A DNA stretch of 32,000 nucleotides. Source: Blochmannia endosymbiont of Camponotus nipponensis (GTDB lineage: Bacteria > Pseudomonadota > Gammaproteobacteria > Enterobacterales > Enterobacteriaceae). Shown here one piece after another: positions 30,759-32,000 of the stretch (position 1 is its first letter; each line of letters starts with the position of its first letter). Where the stretch lies: the NCBI RefSeq assembly GCF_009827135.1, contig NZ_CP046534.1, forward strand, positions 120,001-152,000, written 5' to 3'. Below the pieces are notes generated by a model, which was given only the letters and a program-made list of their open reading frames with translations, was not told the origin of the DNA and ran no database searches. The position numbers and the translations under genes are program-made.

Positions 30759-31328
30759 TTATCCACGAATTAATTTACCAGTCATAACATCCCTAATCTC
30801 TGAAGGTTTAGATCTCCCAAGTACATCTTCATGCATAATAGATATATCATTTCCAAATTGTTTATATACTTCAGCAATGGTACGTGCAGGAGATCGTCCA
30901 GATAAATTTGCACTGGTAGACACCAAAGGCTTTCCAAAAGCCAAACAAAGACGTTGAATTGGCTCAAAATGACTAATTCGTACTGCTAAAGAAGAAAATT
31001 GACCTGTTAACCAATACGGACTATTAGTTTTAGCTGGAAATACCCATGTTACCGGTCCAGGCCAAGTAGAAAAAACTTGCGATTGTTGTTTTTTATCTAA
31101 ACAGCTATCATCAATATATTTAAGTAATTGTGTATAATTAGCAGCAATTAAAATTAAACCCTTTTTCCACGATCTATTTTTTATTTTTAACAAAGCATAT
31201 ACTGCATGTTTACTATCAGGATCACACCCTAAACCAAATACTGATTCTGTTGGATAAACGATCACCTTACCCTGATATAATTGTAGAAGTAAATCTTTTA
31301 TATTTAATGAAGGAAATATCTGTATCAT
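30759..31328 (-). CDS. tsaC: L-threonylcarbamoyladenylate synthase (t6A tRNA modification; YrdC/RimN)
   Basis: 189 aa. VIVYPTESVFGLGCDPDS, KGLILIAANY, WPGPVTWVFPA, FGKPLVSTSANLSG and PSEIRD match E. coli TsaC. tsaC-aroE adjacency is as in E. coli. Confidence 0.92.
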   Translation of the reverse strand: MIQIFPSLNIKDLLLQLYQGKVIVYPTESVFGLGCDPDSKHAVYALLKIKNRSWKKGLILIAANYTQLLKYIDDSCLDKKQQSQVFSTWPGPVTWVFPAKTNSPYWLTGQFSSLAVRISHFEPIQRLCLAFGKPLVSTSANLSGRSPARTIAEVYKQFGNDISIMHEDVLGRSKPSEIRDVMTGKLIRG

Positions 31329-31790
31329 AAAGTATTATCTAATTAATTGTCCGATATAACAGCATATAACATTTTTATCTAAACCGATATGTAAAGCATA
31401 AAAAAAATCTTTTAAAATTATTAATTAAATGACTTTTCAATATATATATATATGTATGTATAAAGTACACAATATTTTAAGTTTTAGTGTCAATTATTTT
31501 AATCATAAAGTACGATTGAATATCTTTTATTAAATGCTCTTGTAGTATGCTATACTAGCAATATTTATATATTTAGAATATAAACACGAATATTCATGTA
31601 CTTATTTCATTAAGTAATAAATCACAAAACATTAGGAATGCTTAAAACATCATTTAATCTGTTTATAATAAAATTATACTAAACATTATCGGTATGCATC
31701 AAAAAACATTCATGCTAAATCTTAATAATATCCATACACTGTTAAATAATGTATAATTTTTTTTAAATAAATTTAATAATTTTTTATTTT

Positions 31791-32000
31791 ATGTCTATAT
31801 TAGAAATATTATATTATCCTGATAAACGTCTTAGAAAAATTGCAGATCCTGTTATTGTAGTATCTAATGATATTAAGCAGATTATAAGTAATATGTTTGA
31901 TACTATGTACTTTAACAAAGGCATTGGCTTAGCTGCAACACAAGTCAATATTCATCAACAAATTATTGTTGTCGATCTTGGTGAACACAGAAAACAACGT
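31791..32000 (+). CDS. def: Peptide deformylase, N-terminal 70 codons (3-prime end lies outside the window)
   Basis: From the ATG at 31791 the translation is [71 protein letters not shown]. coli Def is [21 protein letters not shown]...[19 protein letters not shown]. The frame is open to the window end. The ORF track missed it because it is truncated. Confidence 0.9.
   Translation, partial: MSILEILYYPDKRLRKIADPVIVVSNDIKQIISNMFDTMYFNKGIGLAATQVNIHQQIIVVDLGEHRKQR

Noticed and set aside
31329-31790. Possible smg relic in the tsaC-def spacer (minus-strand ATG TTT TTT GAT at 31709, compared with Smg MFDV...).
   Set aside because: Only the first 3-4 residues match and I found no further collinear anchors. 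The space (381 nt to tsaC) is too short for smg plus yrdD. Left unresolved.

Overview
Very AT-rich DNA with short intergenic spacers. It looks like part of a reduced genome from an Enterobacterales insect endosymbiont (Blochmannia/Buchnera/Wigglesworthia-like), but I cannot name the species from the sequence alone. Gene order follows the E. coli K-12 map (recalled from memory): lon-side clpX-clpP-(tig-bolA-yajG-ampG)-cyoABCDE-yajR-(yajQ-panE-yajL)-thiI-(xseB)-ispA-dxs-(yajO)-pgpA-(thiL)-nusB-ribH-ribD-(nrdR...)-secF-secD-yajC-tgt-(queA). Bracketed genes are missing as intact ORFs. That block is flanked by mutY-yggX on one side and by ahpC, tRNA-Thr, gmhA, dnaQ/rnhA, gloB, a lone 5S rRNA, aroE, tsaC and def on the other. 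I call 29 protein genes (2 of them partial), 1 tRNA and 1 rRNA. I see no mobile elements, CRISPR array, phage, toxin or defence genes, and no evidence for a novel multi-gene system, so this is housekeeping DNA. Two things deserve a second look. First, translating the ORF-free 'deserts' by eye on the minus strand shows they are near full-length fossil pseudogenes: tig (3441-4638), queA (about 23785-24840), nrdR (about 18868-19305) and a partial bolA (about 5014-5139). Their neighbours clpPX, tgt and ribD remain intact. Second, an intact 5S rRNA gene sits alone directly downstream of aroE, with no 23S gene nearby. Smaller points are a clpP Shine-Dalgarno better placed for a short out-of-frame uORF, a perfect 15-bp hairpin inside the tig fossil, a degenerate substrate loop in IspA, a C-terminally truncated YajR, long homopolymers in CDSs and several non-ATG starts. 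All alignments were done by eye against E. coli protein sequences recalled from memory and need computational confirmation.
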